A stretch of 63,132 nucleotides of DNA, the filler included, from Actinomycetota bacterium (GTDB taxonomy: Bacteria; Actinomycetota; CADDZG01; JAHWKV01; JAOPZY01), in assembly GCA_025963875.1 (NCBI GenBank). It is 8 parts of 8 records of this genome, joined end to end, with 100 filler letters (N's around TTAATTAATTAA, not from the genome) between each part and the next. Parts side by side here need not be neighbours in the genome. Positions count along the whole stretch, not along the records: positions 7,232 to 16,868 come from JAOPZY010000138.1; positions 16,969 to 25,929 come from JAOPZY010000056.1; 6 more parts are not named here. The stretch is one strand, 5' to 3'. A model generated the notes under the pieces. That model did not search any database and was not told where the DNA came from. It saw only the letters and a program-made list of their open reading frames with translations. Below are positions 9,567-18,824 of this stretch, in pieces. A program made the position numbers and the translations under genes. Within the stretch, counting starts at the first letter, position 1. Each line of letters starts with the position of its first letter.

Positions 9567-10210
9567 TGTCGCTCCTCCTCTCCGGTCACCAGAGCCGAAC
9601 CCTCCTCGGACTGCTCACGCTCGACGCACTGCCGCAGCGCCTCGAGGCCCTTCTGGCGGTGCTTGCGAACGGCCGTGTGCGAGATGCCGAGGTCGTTGCC
9701 GATCTCGGTCAGCGTGCGGCGCTTCATGACGCTCTCGTGGACCACCCGGCGCTGCCGTCCGGTGAGCCGTTGGAGGCAATCCCTCGCGCGGCGCCACCGC
9801 TCCTCCTGGCGTCGGAGCTCCTCGACGGAGAAATACTCCTCCTCGGCACTCTCGGCGTAGCCAGGCGCCTGCCCGGGTTCGGCACGCAGCAGGTCCGCCG
9901 GCAGCGTCGCCATGGCGGTTTCCTTCTTCCATTGCCGCCTCGCCGCGATCCCCCGGTCCAGTCCCCGCCGGTAGGCGATCGTCCTGGCGATGCTGTCCGG
10001 CGACGCCACCTTGGCGAAATCGAGCGCCATGAACTCCGTGAAGGCCTGCTGCACCGCCTCCGCGATCGCGTCCCGGTCCCGTACGCCCACCCGCCGGGCT
10101 CCCCGGGCGGCCGCGTACCAGAGTGGGCTCCTCAGGCACTCGTAAACCTCCGGCCAGTTGGTGCTGCCCGCCGCGACATTCGAGAGCAGGCTCTCGAGAC
10201 CCTGAACCAT
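9563..10210 (-). CDS. ECF-like sigma-70 family factor
   Basis: Region-2-like AEAVQQAFTEF...IAYRRGLD; region-4 HTH LTGRQRRVV...TLTEIGNDLGISHTAVRKH; AAAGGAG RBS before ATG 10210. Confidence 0.85.
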   Translation of the reverse strand: MVQGLESLLSNVAAGSTNWPEVYECLRSPLWYAAARGARRVGVRDRDAIAEAVQQAFTEFMALDFAKVASPDSIARTIAYRRGLDRGIAARRQWKKETAMATLPADLLRAEPGQAPGYAESAEEEYFSVEELRRQEERWRRARDCLQRLTGRQRRVVHESVMKRRTLTEIGNDLGISHTAVRKHRQKGLEALRQCVEREQSEEGSALVTGEEERQ

Positions 10211-10443
10211 TGCTCCTTTATACGCGAACGACTCGCCCATATGTCGACGGCTCCGTCGGTTCTGAAACCCACGAGTATTCCGGCGTGCCCGGGGTTCAAG
10301 GAGGGGGTTTCAGACGAACGCGTCCACTCGACTACCGGATGAGGGGGTCTCCACAGGGGAGGTCGCAATCGAGCACCCCGCTGAAGAGGCTCCCGGCAGG
10401 CTGTGCCGTGGGCGTCGGCGGGACCGGGACGGGAGGAAGGCTC

Positions 10444-10692
10444 ATGAGTCAAGGATCCCAGGAATGCGTCGACATGCTGCAGTGCGAGTGCGGTTCGACC
10501 GAGCTGTGCATCGCATACAGGACGCCGGTATTCGCCCACGTCCGAGATCGAAAGGTCGTCCGGGTCATCGTGCCCGACGAGCAGGAGCTCGTGCTGGGCG
10601 GCGTGGTTCGCTGCGAGACCTGCGACCGCTTCTGGATCCTGGACGGCGAGCCCGACGTGGGGCCCTGGCCCGACTGGGAGCTCGGCCGCTGA
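10444..10692 (+). CDS. Small Cys-rich, putative Zn-ribbon protein (82 aa)
   Basis: CECGS and CETC motifs, GGAGGAAGG RBS, stop overlaps the ku start (TGATG). Confidence 0.7.
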   Translation: MSQGSQECVDMLQCECGSTELCIAYRTPVFAHVRDRKVVRVIVPDEQELVLGGVVRCETCDRFWILDGEPDVGPWPDWELGR

Positions 10693-11543
10693 TGCAGTCG
10701 GTGTGGAGAGGGGCCATCTCCTTCGGGCTGGTGAGCATCCCCGTCCGCCTCTACGTCGCGGTCCAGGAGCGGGGCATGCGTTTCCACCAGCTCCACGCCG
10801 CCGACCAGGGCCGCATCCGCTACCGGAGGGTCTGCTCGGTCTGCGGCGAGGAGGTGCCGTTCCACGACATCGTCAAGGGATACGAGTTCGAGAAGGACCG
10901 TCACGTGAGCTTCACCGAGGAGGAGCTCCAGCGCCTTCCCGTGGAGACCTTCAAGGCGATCGACATCGTCAGCTTCGTGTCCCTGCAGGAGATCGACCCG
11001 ATCTACTTCCAGCGTTCCTACTACGTGATCCCCGAGCCCACGGGGCTGAAGGCCTACCGGCTGCTCGAGCAGACCCTGGGCCAGTCCGGCCGGATCGCCA
11101 TCGCCAGGGTCGTCCTGTTCCGGAAGGAGCACCTTGCCGTTCTCCGGGCCCGTGGCGGGACCTTCCTCCTGGAGACCATGTACTGGCCGGACGAGATCCG
11201 TACGCCGGAGTTCGATGTCCTGGCGAAGCCGGTGGAGCTGCGCAAGCAGGAGGTGGCGCTGGCCGGGAACCTCACCGAGCTCCTCACCGAGCGGTTCGAC
11301 CCGGCGCAGTTCGTCGACGGACACCGGCGGCGGTTGGAGGAGCTGGCGCAGGCCAAGGTCGAGGGCGAGGAGGTCGTGGCCGCCACCGCCGCCCCGTCCG
11401 GCCAGGTCCGGGACCTCCTGGAGGCGCTCCGGGCCAGCGTCGAGGCCGAGAAGGAGAAGCCGAGGAAGGAATCCAAGCCCTCCCGGCGGCGGTCACCGGA
11501 AGGTAAGGAGCAGAGCGCGCGAATGCGCGCGAAAAACGACTAA
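10692..11543 (+). CDS. ku: Ku protein (NHEJ DNA end-binding)
   Basis: SVWRGAISFGLVSIPVRLY, IVKGYE, IDPIYF and WPDEIR motifs; basic C-terminal tail. Confidence 0.96.
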   Translation: MQSVWRGAISFGLVSIPVRLYVAVQERGMRFHQLHAADQGRIRYRRVCSVCGEEVPFHDIVKGYEFEKDRHVSFTEEELQRLPVETFKAIDIVSFVSLQEIDPIYFQRSYYVIPEPTGLKAYRLLEQTLGQSGRIAIARVVLFRKEHLAVLRARGGTFLLETMYWPDEIRTPEFDVLAKPVELRKQEVALAGNLTELLTERFDPAQFVDGHRRRLEELAQAKVEGEEVVAATAAPSGQVRDLLEALRASVEAEKEKPRKESKPSRRRSPEGKEQSARMRAKND

Positions 11544-11552
11544 CGTCGGGGC

Positions 11553-12791
11553 ATGGCCAGGATCCAGCACCGCGCGGCTCCCCCCGCGTTGGCCCCTCCT
11601 CCAGCATCGGGCGGTGAGCTTGTGCTGATGCTGGCGGTGTTCCTGGTGCTTGCCGCGCCTTTTCTCTACCTGAATTTCCGCTCGGGCCTTGTTCCGGGGG
11701 ATTTCCTGATCTACCGGAAGGCCAGCAGCCTGGCGCTGCATCTCGGCGACCCGTATGCCAGGAACTTCACCGAACACCTCCGCGTCCCCCTGCCCTTCAC
11801 CTACCCTCCCTTCGCCGCCATCGCGCTGGTGCCCCTCGCCCTGGCGCCGCCGCACCTTTCCCTGTGGGTGTGGACGTCGTTCAGCCTGGCCCTCGTGGCC
11901 GCCCTGGCCTGGTGGCTCGTGCGGCCCTCCCTGTGGCGCGCTGGCTGGGGGCATCCCGCCCTTCTCGGGGTGGCCGCGGCGCTGCTCGTTTGGACGGTCC
12001 CGGTCGGCCAGACGCTGCACTACGGTCAGGTCAACCTCGTGCTGGCATGTGCCTGTCTGGTGGACTGCACCCGGGTCACGCGCGGGCGAGGGGTGTTGGT
12101 GGGGATTGCCACCGCGGTGAAGCTCACCCCGGGACTGTTCATCCTCTACTTCGCTGCGACCAGGCAATGGGCCGCCGCGGCGCGTGCCGGCGGGACCGCT
12201 GCCGGGTGCACCCTGCTCGCCGCAGCTCTGTTGCCCCGTCCATCCCAGGAGTACTGGTTGCACCTGGTCTTCGATCCCAGCCGGCCCGGCAACCCCCTCT
12301 CGCCTATCAACGAGTCGCTCTACGGAGCGCTCCTGCGAGCCGGAGGGCCCAAGGAGATCTGGCCCTTGCTGGTGCTCGGAGCGGCCGGACTCGGGCTGTG
12401 GCAGGCCGCGTGCGCCCACAAGGCTGGGGCCGAGGTGGCGGCGGTGGCCCTGGTCGGGCTCACCGCCGTGTTGATTTCCCCGGTCTCCTGGCCGCACCAC
12501 GCGGTGTGGGTCGTCCCGGTGCTGGGCGTTCTGGCGGCGTGGGCAACGAGCCCGGTGCGGCCCGGCCGCGTCGCCACCGCCCTGGTGGTGTTGGCCCTCC
12601 TGATCGTCCCGGTGCCTCAGGTCGCGAGCGCCCTGGGAGTACCCGACCACATTCCGATCGTCTCCCGTGCGGTGGGGGAGTCGAACACGTTGATCTTCCT
12701 CGCGATGCTGGTGGCCCTCCCCCTCGTGGCGGTCACGGAGGGAGAGCGCGCACGGGCAATGAGGCTGGCTGATCAGGCGCCGTACGCGTAG
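11553..12791 (+). CDS. GT87 family membrane glycosyltransferase (mannosyltransferase-like); start uncertain
   Basis: DFLIY, PFTYPPFAA, GQVN, AVKLTPG and SPVSWPHH motifs. Confidence 0.9.
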   Translation: MARIQHRAAPPALAPPPASGGELVLMLAVFLVLAAPFLYLNFRSGLVPGDFLIYRKASSLALHLGDPYARNFTEHLRVPLPFTYPPFAAIALVPLALAPPHLSLWVWTSFSLALVAALAWWLVRPSLWRAGWGHPALLGVAAALLVWTVPVGQTLHYGQVNLVLACACLVDCTRVTRGRGVLVGIATAVKLTPGLFILYFAATRQWAAAARAGGTAAGCTLLAAALLPRPSQEYWLHLVFDPSRPGNPLSPINESLYGALLRAGGPKEIWPLLVLGAAGLGLWQAACAHKAGAEVAAVALVGLTAVLISPVSWPHHAVWVVPVLGVLAAWATSPVRPGRVATALVVLALLIVPVPQVASALGVPDHIPIVSRAVGESNTLIFLAMLVALPLVAVTEGERARAMRLADQAPYA

Positions 12792-12899
12792 GGCTTGTCG
12801 CGCTCACTCTGCGTGGTCGCACGGAGTTTCAATACGGACCAGTGGAGGCAAATTGTCCAGTTTCCCGGGGGGTTTCCGGCAGGGGCGGAGACGGTCATC

Positions 12900-13269
<370 letters not shown>

Positions 13270-13312
13270 TCATGGTGGTGGGTGTCATTGACGCGGAACG
13301 CCGAAACGCCGC

Positions 13313-13969
13313 CTACGCCTGAGGAGCAGACAGGGGCGGTAGGGCGAAGCGCTGGCGGACGGCGGCTTGGACCTCTGCGACGGAAAGCGTCGCGTCGATC
13401 GTTGCGACGAACTCCTTGCGCTGGAAGATCTCGATCAGCGGCCGCGTCTGCTCGTGGTACGCCTGCAGGCGCACGGCGAGCGCCTCGGGGTTGTCGTCGG
13501 CTCGAGCGATCAGCCGCCCCCCGCAGACGTCGCAGGTATCCGCCACCGCCGGCCGGTGGGCAATGAGGTTGTAGTCAAGACCGCACTGGGAGCAGAGCCG
13601 CCGGGCGAGTACCCGGCGCGCCACCTCCTCGTCGGGGAGATGCAGATCGATCACGCCGTCGATGTCATAGCTCTCGAGGAAAAACTCTGCCTGGCGGGCA
13701 TTGCGCGGGAACCCATCGACAATGAAGCCGAAGTTCCAGTCGTGGTCGTCAAGGCGGCGCCGCACCACGGACTCGACGAGGTCGTCGTCAACCAGGTGGC
13801 CCGCCGCAATGATGCGCTTCACCTGGGCACCAAGCTTGGTGCGATGCTGGACGTTCCACCGGAAGAGATCGCCGACGCTGATGTGCTCGAGGTTCAGATC
13901 GTCCGCGAGCAACTTCGCCTGCGTTCCCTTGCCGCTGCCCTGGATCCCCATGATGACGTACTTACGCAT
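13313..13969 (-). CDS. adk: Adenylate kinase with Zn-binding LID
   Basis: GIQGSGKGTQA, HISVGDLFR, DGFPR, CSQC...CDVC. Confidence 0.93.
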   Translation of the reverse strand: MRKYVIMGIQGSGKGTQAKLLADDLNLEHISVGDLFRWNVQHRTKLGAQVKRIIAAGHLVDDDLVESVVRRRLDDHDWNFGFIVDGFPRNARQAEFFLESYDIDGVIDLHLPDEEVARRVLARRLCSQCGLDYNLIAHRPAVADTCDVCGGRLIARADDNPEALAVRLQAYHEQTRPLIEIFQRKEFVATIDATLSVAEVQAAVRQRFALPPLSAPQA

Positions 13970-13973
13970 GCAG

Positions 13974-14852
13974 TTACCTTCGGATGTAGCCTTTCGGGAT
14001 CCAGGTCTGGCTGTCAATTGGTGGTCGTTTGTAGGCGCGTTCCTGGCGGGAAGGCAGCTCGACGGCCTCGTAGGGGATCTCCTGGTAGGGAACCACGCTC
14101 AGCAGGTGCGAGATCAGGTTCAGACGGGCGCATTTCTTGTCGTTGGCGTCCACCACGTACCAGGGGGCCTCCTTGATGTCCGTGAAAGAAAACATCTCGT
14201 CTTTGGCCTCGGCGTAGTCCACCCAGCGCGCCCGGGCCTGGAGGTCCATGGGGCTCAGCTTCCAGCGTTTGCCCGGGTTGTCGATACGCTCGAGGAAGCG
14301 CCGTTCCTGTTCCTCGTCACTGAGCGACATCCAGTACTTGACGAGCACGATGCCCGAGTGGACCAGGGCTCGCTCGATCTGCGGGCACGTGCGCAGGAAT
14401 TCGTCGTATTCGCTGGGGGTACAAAAGCCCATGACGTGCTCGACGCCGGCCCGGTTGTACCAGCTCCGATCGAACAGCACGATCTCACCAGCTGCGGGCA
14501 GATGCGGGACGTATCGCTGGAAGTACCACTGGCTCTTCTCCCGCTCCGACGGGGTCCCGAGGGCGACCACCCGGGCGTAGCGGGCATTGAGCCGCTCCAT
14601 GATCCGCTTGATGGTGCCGCCTTTGCCCGCCGTGTCGCGGCCCTCGAACAGCACGCAGAGCCGCAGGCCTTCGTGGACGATCCACTCCTGCATCTTCACG
14701 AGCTCGGTCTGGAGGCGGCCGAGTTCGGCGTCGTAGAACTTGGAGGTGACAACGATGGGATCGGCCCCGTTGGAGAGAGCCGAGACCGAGGCGATCCGCC
14801 CCGGCGCGCGTGCCTTGCCCTTGCTGTCCTTGCCCGCAGCGGACTTGACCAT
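13974..14852 (-). CDS. ppk2: Polyphosphate kinase 2
   Basis: FEGRDTAGKGG, QWYFQRY, FDRSWYNRAGVE and WKLSPMD motifs. Confidence 0.96.
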   Translation of the reverse strand: MVKSAAGKDSKGKARAPGRIASVSALSNGADPIVVTSKFYDAELGRLQTELVKMQEWIVHEGLRLCVLFEGRDTAGKGGTIKRIMERLNARYARVVALGTPSEREKSQWYFQRYVPHLPAAGEIVLFDRSWYNRAGVEHVMGFCTPSEYDEFLRTCPQIERALVHSGIVLVKYWMSLSDEEQERRFLERIDNPGKRWKLSPMDLQARARWVDYAEAKDEMFSFTDIKEAPWYVVDANDKKCARLNLISHLLSVVPYQEIPYEAVELPSRQERAYKRPPIDSQTWIPKGYIRR

Positions 14853-14889
14853 GGAGCATGGTGCTTCCGGACCGCGCAGATTGTCAATG

Positions 14890-14925
14890 GTGATCCGAGT
14901 GCTCCGAGTGATCCGTCTGACCCGT
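14890..14925. repeat. Four imperfect 9-bp tandem units
   Basis: GTGATCCGA GTGCTCCGA GTGATCCGT CTGACCCGT in the ppk2/glnII divergent region. Confidence 0.7.
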
Positions 14926-14933
14926 CGGCGAGC

Positions 14934-14971
14934 GTGACACGCGCGAAACAAGCCGGCAACTGGCCAGCAAT
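14934..14971 (+). promoter_or_regulatory. GlnR box upstream of glnII
   Basis: GTGAC-n6-GAAAC-n6-GCAAC-n6-GCAAT, matching the actinobacterial GlnR consensus GTnAC-n6-GAAAC with 11-bp periodicity. Confidence 0.8.
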
Positions 14972-15054
14972 ACCTACCTGTTACGCTCGCCGCTCAAAGG
15001 GCACGCCCTGGTAGCCAAGAAGGGGTGCTCACCGAGCGATCGGAGGAGCAAACG

Positions 15055-16086
15055 ATGAGCTACCAGGCCGAGTACATCTGGATCGACGGGACGGAACCTA
15101 CCCCGCTGATGCGTTGCAAAACACGAATCGTCAACTCCGGCAAGGAGCCCAAGACGTGGGGCTTCGACGGCTCCAGCACCAACCAGGCCCCCGGCGAGAA
15201 CTCCGATTGCGTCCTCGAGCCGGTGTTCGTCTGCCCCGACCCGATCCGCAACGGGGACAACGTCCTCGTCCTCTGTGACGTGCTGCTTCCGGACGGCAGC
15301 CCCCACGCCACCAACACGCGGGCGGCCTGCGCCGCCGCCGCCGAGGAGTACGCGGATCAGGAGCCGATGTTCGGCATCGAGCAGGAGTACACCTTCATGC
15401 AGAACGGCCGGCCTCTCGGATGGCCCGAGGTCGGGTATCCGGCGCCCCAGGGTCCGTACTACTGCGGGGTCGGCGGGGGCAAGATGGTCGGCCGCGACAT
15501 CATCGAGGCCCACACCATTGCCTGCCTCAATGCCGGGCTCTCGATCGAGGGCACCAACGCCGAGGTGATGATGGCCCAGTGGGAATTCCAGATCGGGGTG
15601 CTTCCCGCGCCCCGCATTGCCGACGAGATCTGGATGGGCCGCTGGCTTCTCTACCGCATCGCCGAAGACTTCGACGTGGACGTCACCCTCGCCGCCAAGC
15701 CCGTGCCGGGAGACTGGAACGGGGCCGGTGCCCACACGAACTTCTCCACCATCGCCACCCGAGAGAGCTACGACGCCATCATCACGGCCTGTGAGGCGCT
15801 CGGGAAGGACCCGCTCAAGCACGTGAAGAACTACGGTGTCGGCATCGAGGACCGCCTCACCGGGGCGCACGAGACCGCCCACTGGAACACGTTCTACTAC
15901 GGGTCGTCCGATCGGGGGGCCTCCGTGCGCATCCCCTGGGCCGTCGAGAAGGCGAAGAAGGGATGGCTCGAGGACCGGCGCCCCAACGCCAACATGGACC
16001 CTTACGTCGTCACCCGCCTCATGATCGAGACCTGCTGCGGGGCTCTTGCGGAGCCTAAAAAGCTGGCGGTGGCTGTCTCCGCTTAG
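15055..16086 (+). CDS. glnII: Glutamine synthetase type II
   Basis: AEYIWIDG, WGFDGSSTNQA, PQGPYYCG, GDWNGAGAHTNFS and EDRRP; 343 aa; GGAGG RBS. Confidence 0.96.
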   Translation: MSYQAEYIWIDGTEPTPLMRCKTRIVNSGKEPKTWGFDGSSTNQAPGENSDCVLEPVFVCPDPIRNGDNVLVLCDVLLPDGSPHATNTRAACAAAAEEYADQEPMFGIEQEYTFMQNGRPLGWPEVGYPAPQGPYYCGVGGGKMVGRDIIEAHTIACLNAGLSIEGTNAEVMMAQWEFQIGVLPAPRIADEIWMGRWLLYRIAEDFDVDVTLAAKPVPGDWNGAGAHTNFSTIATRESYDAIITACEALGKDPLKHVKNYGVGIEDRLTGAHETAHWNTFYYGSSDRGASVRIPWAVEKAKKGWLEDRRPNANMDPYVVTRLMIETCCGALAEPKKLAVAVSA

Positions 16087-16088
16087 CT

Positions 16089-16868
16089 TCAGAGGGGCTG
16101 GCGCCAGGCACGCTCGAACGGCAGCCGCCAGGCGTGCGGTGCGATGAGGTGGCGCATCGCGTCGGGACCCCAGGAACCCGGCGGGTAGATCTGGACCTCG
16201 GGAGGGGCCTCCAGTAACGGCATCGAGACCTCCCAGAGCCGCTCGATGCCCTCCGCCGCCGTGAACAGCGTGCGGTCTCCGCTCATCGCATCGTGGATCA
16301 GCCGTTCGTAGGCCTCCAGGACGTCGAGATCTCTGCCGGTGTCGTGGAGGGCGAACTGGAGGCTCAGTTTGTCCAGGGTCATGCCCGGTCCGGGCCTCTT
16401 CCCGTAGAACGACAGGGAGAGCTTGGACGCGTCGGCCAGATCGAAGGTCAGGTGGTCCGGTCCGTGCGCTCCCACGCCCGAGCTGGCATGGAACATGCTC
16501 CTGGGGGGCTCCCGGAACGCGATGGAGATGATGCGTGCGCCTTCGGCCATCCGCTTCCCCGTCCGTAGAAAGAACGGAACGCCCGCCCACCGCCAGTTGT
16601 CGATCTCGCACCGCAGAGCCACAAACGTCTCTGTCTGGGAGTCCGGTGCCACGCCCGGCAGCTTCCGGTATCCGTCGTACTGCCCACGGACAACCTGGCG
16701 CACGTCGATCGGCAACATGGAGCGAAACACCTTGTTCTTCTCCTCGCTGATGGCTCGCGGTTCCAGCGCGGTCGGGGGTTCCATGGCCATGAACGCGAGG
16801 ATCTGGAACAGGTGGGTCACCACCATGTCGCGAAACGCACCCGTCGCCTCGTAGAAACCGGCGCGGCC
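16089..16868 (-). CDS. zwf: Glucose-6-phosphate dehydrogenase, C-terminal part
   Basis: RDMVVTHLFQ, RGQY, TETF, WRWAGVPFFLRTGKRM, AYERL. Confidence 0.95.
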   Translation of the reverse strand, partial: GRAGFYEATGAFRDMVVTHLFQILAFMAMEPPTALEPRAISEEKNKVFRSMLPIDVRQVVRGQYDGYRKLPGVAPDSQTETFVALRCEIDNWRWAGVPFFLRTGKRMAEGARIISIAFREPPRSMFHASSGVGAHGPDHLTFDLADASKLSLSFYGKRPGPGMTLDKLSLQFALHDTGRDLDVLEAYERLIHDAMSGDRTLFTAAEGIERLWEVSMPLLEAPPEVQIYPPGSWGPDAMRHLIAPHAWRLPFERAWRQPL

Positions 16869-16968
16869 NNNNNNNNNNNNNNNNNNNNNNNNNNNNNNNN
16901 NNNNNNNNNNNNTTAATTAATTAANNNNNNNNNNNNNNNNNNNNNNNNNNNNNNNNNNNNNNNNNNNN

Positions 16969-17691
16969 CGCGCATCGATCGCCGCATACGGCGACACGGT
17001 CCACACCTTCGTCGGCCGCCGGGACTACGCCGGGGTCTTCCTGCCGGGCTTCACGCCGGTGGCCTCGGACGGAATCGCTGCGCTGGGGATCCGGCTCATC
17101 GACCACGTCGTCGGCAACGTCGAGCTGGGTCGCATGGACGAGTGGGTGTCGTTCTACGAGCGGGTCATGGGCTTCGCCGAGATGCGCCACTTCTCCGACA
17201 GCGAGATATCGACGGAGTACTCGGCGCTCATGTCCAAGGTGCTGTGGGACGGGGTGGGCAAGATCAAGCTGCCCATCAATGAACCGGCAACCGGGCGGCG
17301 CCGGTCGCAGATCGAGGAGTACCTGATGTACTACGGGTCGCCCGGTGTCCAGCACATCGCGCTCCGCACCGACGACATCGTGGCAACGGTCGCGGCCATG
17401 CAAGCGGGGGGCGCCGAATTCCTCAGGGTGCCGGACGCCTACTACGAGGAGGTCCGGGACCGCGTCCCGGAGGTTGCCGAGGAGGTCGAGGCGCTGCGCC
17501 ACCGCGGGATCCTCGTTGACGCGGATGACGATGGCTACCTGTTGCAGATCTTCACCAAGCCCCTGCAGGACCGGCCGACCTTCTTCCTGGAGGTCATCGA
17601 GCGGCACGGCTCACAGGGGTTTGGGGCCGGCAACTTCAAGGCGCTGTTCGAGTCCATCGAGCGGGAGCAGGCGATGAGGGGGAACCTCTGA
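16969..17691 (+). CDS. hppD: 4-hydroxyphenylpyruvate dioxygenase, C-terminal part
   Basis: IDHVVGNV, SQIEEY, GVQHIAL, LLQIFTKP, GFGAGNFKALFESIE. Confidence 0.95.
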   Translation, partial: RASIAAYGDTVHTFVGRRDYAGVFLPGFTPVASDGIAALGIRLIDHVVGNVELGRMDEWVSFYERVMGFAEMRHFSDSEISTEYSALMSKVLWDGVGKIKLPINEPATGRRRSQIEEYLMYYGSPGVQHIALRTDDIVATVAAMQAGGAEFLRVPDAYYEEVRDRVPEVAEEVEALRHRGILVDADDDGYLLQIFTKPLQDRPTFFLEVIERHGSQGFGAGNFKALFESIEREQAMRGNL

Positions 17692-18812
17692 TGGAAGCTG
17701 TGTGGTCAAAGGGCAAGGTGGCTCGGCAGGCCCACGTGGCAGTCCCCGACGGCACGTACGAGGAGGAGCACGGGCGAGAGACCTTCTTCGGCCGGTCCTC
17801 GCACCTCTACCGGCTGCATCCGCCGACCGCGTGGGTCGGTATCGACGGCCCGCTCCGGCCTCGTGCCCTCGATGTCAACGAGATGAAGCCCGAGGACCTT
17901 GTCGACGCGGCCGGCGCCTGGCAGCTGATTGCCGGCAACGACGACGTCCGGCTCTTCCTCTCCCGGCGAGCCAGGCCGGCGCCCTGGTTCCTCCGTGACG
18001 CCGACGGTGACCTCTGCTACTTCGTCCACCGTGGCCGGGGGGTGCTCGAGACCGACTACGGCCCGCTGGCCTACGAGCCAGGGGACTACCTCGTTGTCCC
18101 CAAAGGGACGACCCACCGCCTGGTGCCGGATCCGGGGGAGGACGGTTTCTTCTTTGTCATCGAGGGCACCGGGGAGTTCCGGCTGCCGGACCGGGGGATC
18201 ATGGGGCGCCATGCCCAGTTCGACCCCGGCATGCTGGAGGTGCCCGAGCCGGATCCCCACCACGAGGAGGGCTCCTTCGAGGTGCGGGTCAAGCGCGACG
18301 GCGCCTCCACGTCGCTGCGGTACCGCTGGCATCCCCTCGATGTCGCCGGGTGGCAGGGCGATCTGTGTCCGGTCCGGTTGAACATCCTCAGCCACCGGCC
18401 CGTGACCTCGCCCCGGTACCACATGCCCCCGTCGGCGAACGCCACCTTCGTGAACGACGGCTTCGCGATCTGCTCGTTCGTCCCCCGGCCGCTCGAAGAG
18501 GACCCCGATGTCCTGCGGGTGCCCTTCTACCACGCCAACATCGACGCCGACGAGGTGCTCTTCTACCACGCCGGCAACTTCTTCTCGCGGGCCGGGATCG
18601 GCGAGGGGTACATGACGCTGCACCCCCAGGGTCTGCACCACGGCCCCCAGCCGGCGGCCATCGAAGCCTCCAGGACGAAGCAGCGCACCGACGAGGTGGC
18701 CGTCATGGTGGAGGCCCGGCTACCGCTGGCGCTGTCCCCGGAGGCGGAGGCCGTCGCACTCCCCGAGTACGAGTGTTCCTGGGCGAGGGGGATGGGCCTC
18801 CTCGACGAGTAG
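17691..18812 (+). CDS. hmgA: Homogentisate 1,2-dioxygenase
   Basis: PFYHANIDADEVLFY, HPQGLHHGP and DEVAVM motifs; coupled to hppD. Confidence 0.92.
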   Translation: MEAVWSKGKVARQAHVAVPDGTYEEEHGRETFFGRSSHLYRLHPPTAWVGIDGPLRPRALDVNEMKPEDLVDAAGAWQLIAGNDDVRLFLSRRARPAPWFLRDADGDLCYFVHRGRGVLETDYGPLAYEPGDYLVVPKGTTHRLVPDPGEDGFFFVIEGTGEFRLPDRGIMGRHAQFDPGMLEVPEPDPHHEEGSFEVRVKRDGASTSLRYRWHPLDVAGWQGDLCPVRLNILSHRPVTSPRYHMPPSANATFVNDGFAICSFVPRPLEEDPDVLRVPFYHANIDADEVLFYHAGNFFSRAGIGEGYMTLHPQGLHHGPQPAAIEASRTKQRTDEVAVMVEARLPLALSPEAEAVALPEYECSWARGMGLLDE

Positions 18813-18824
18813 CATCGAGGTGGG

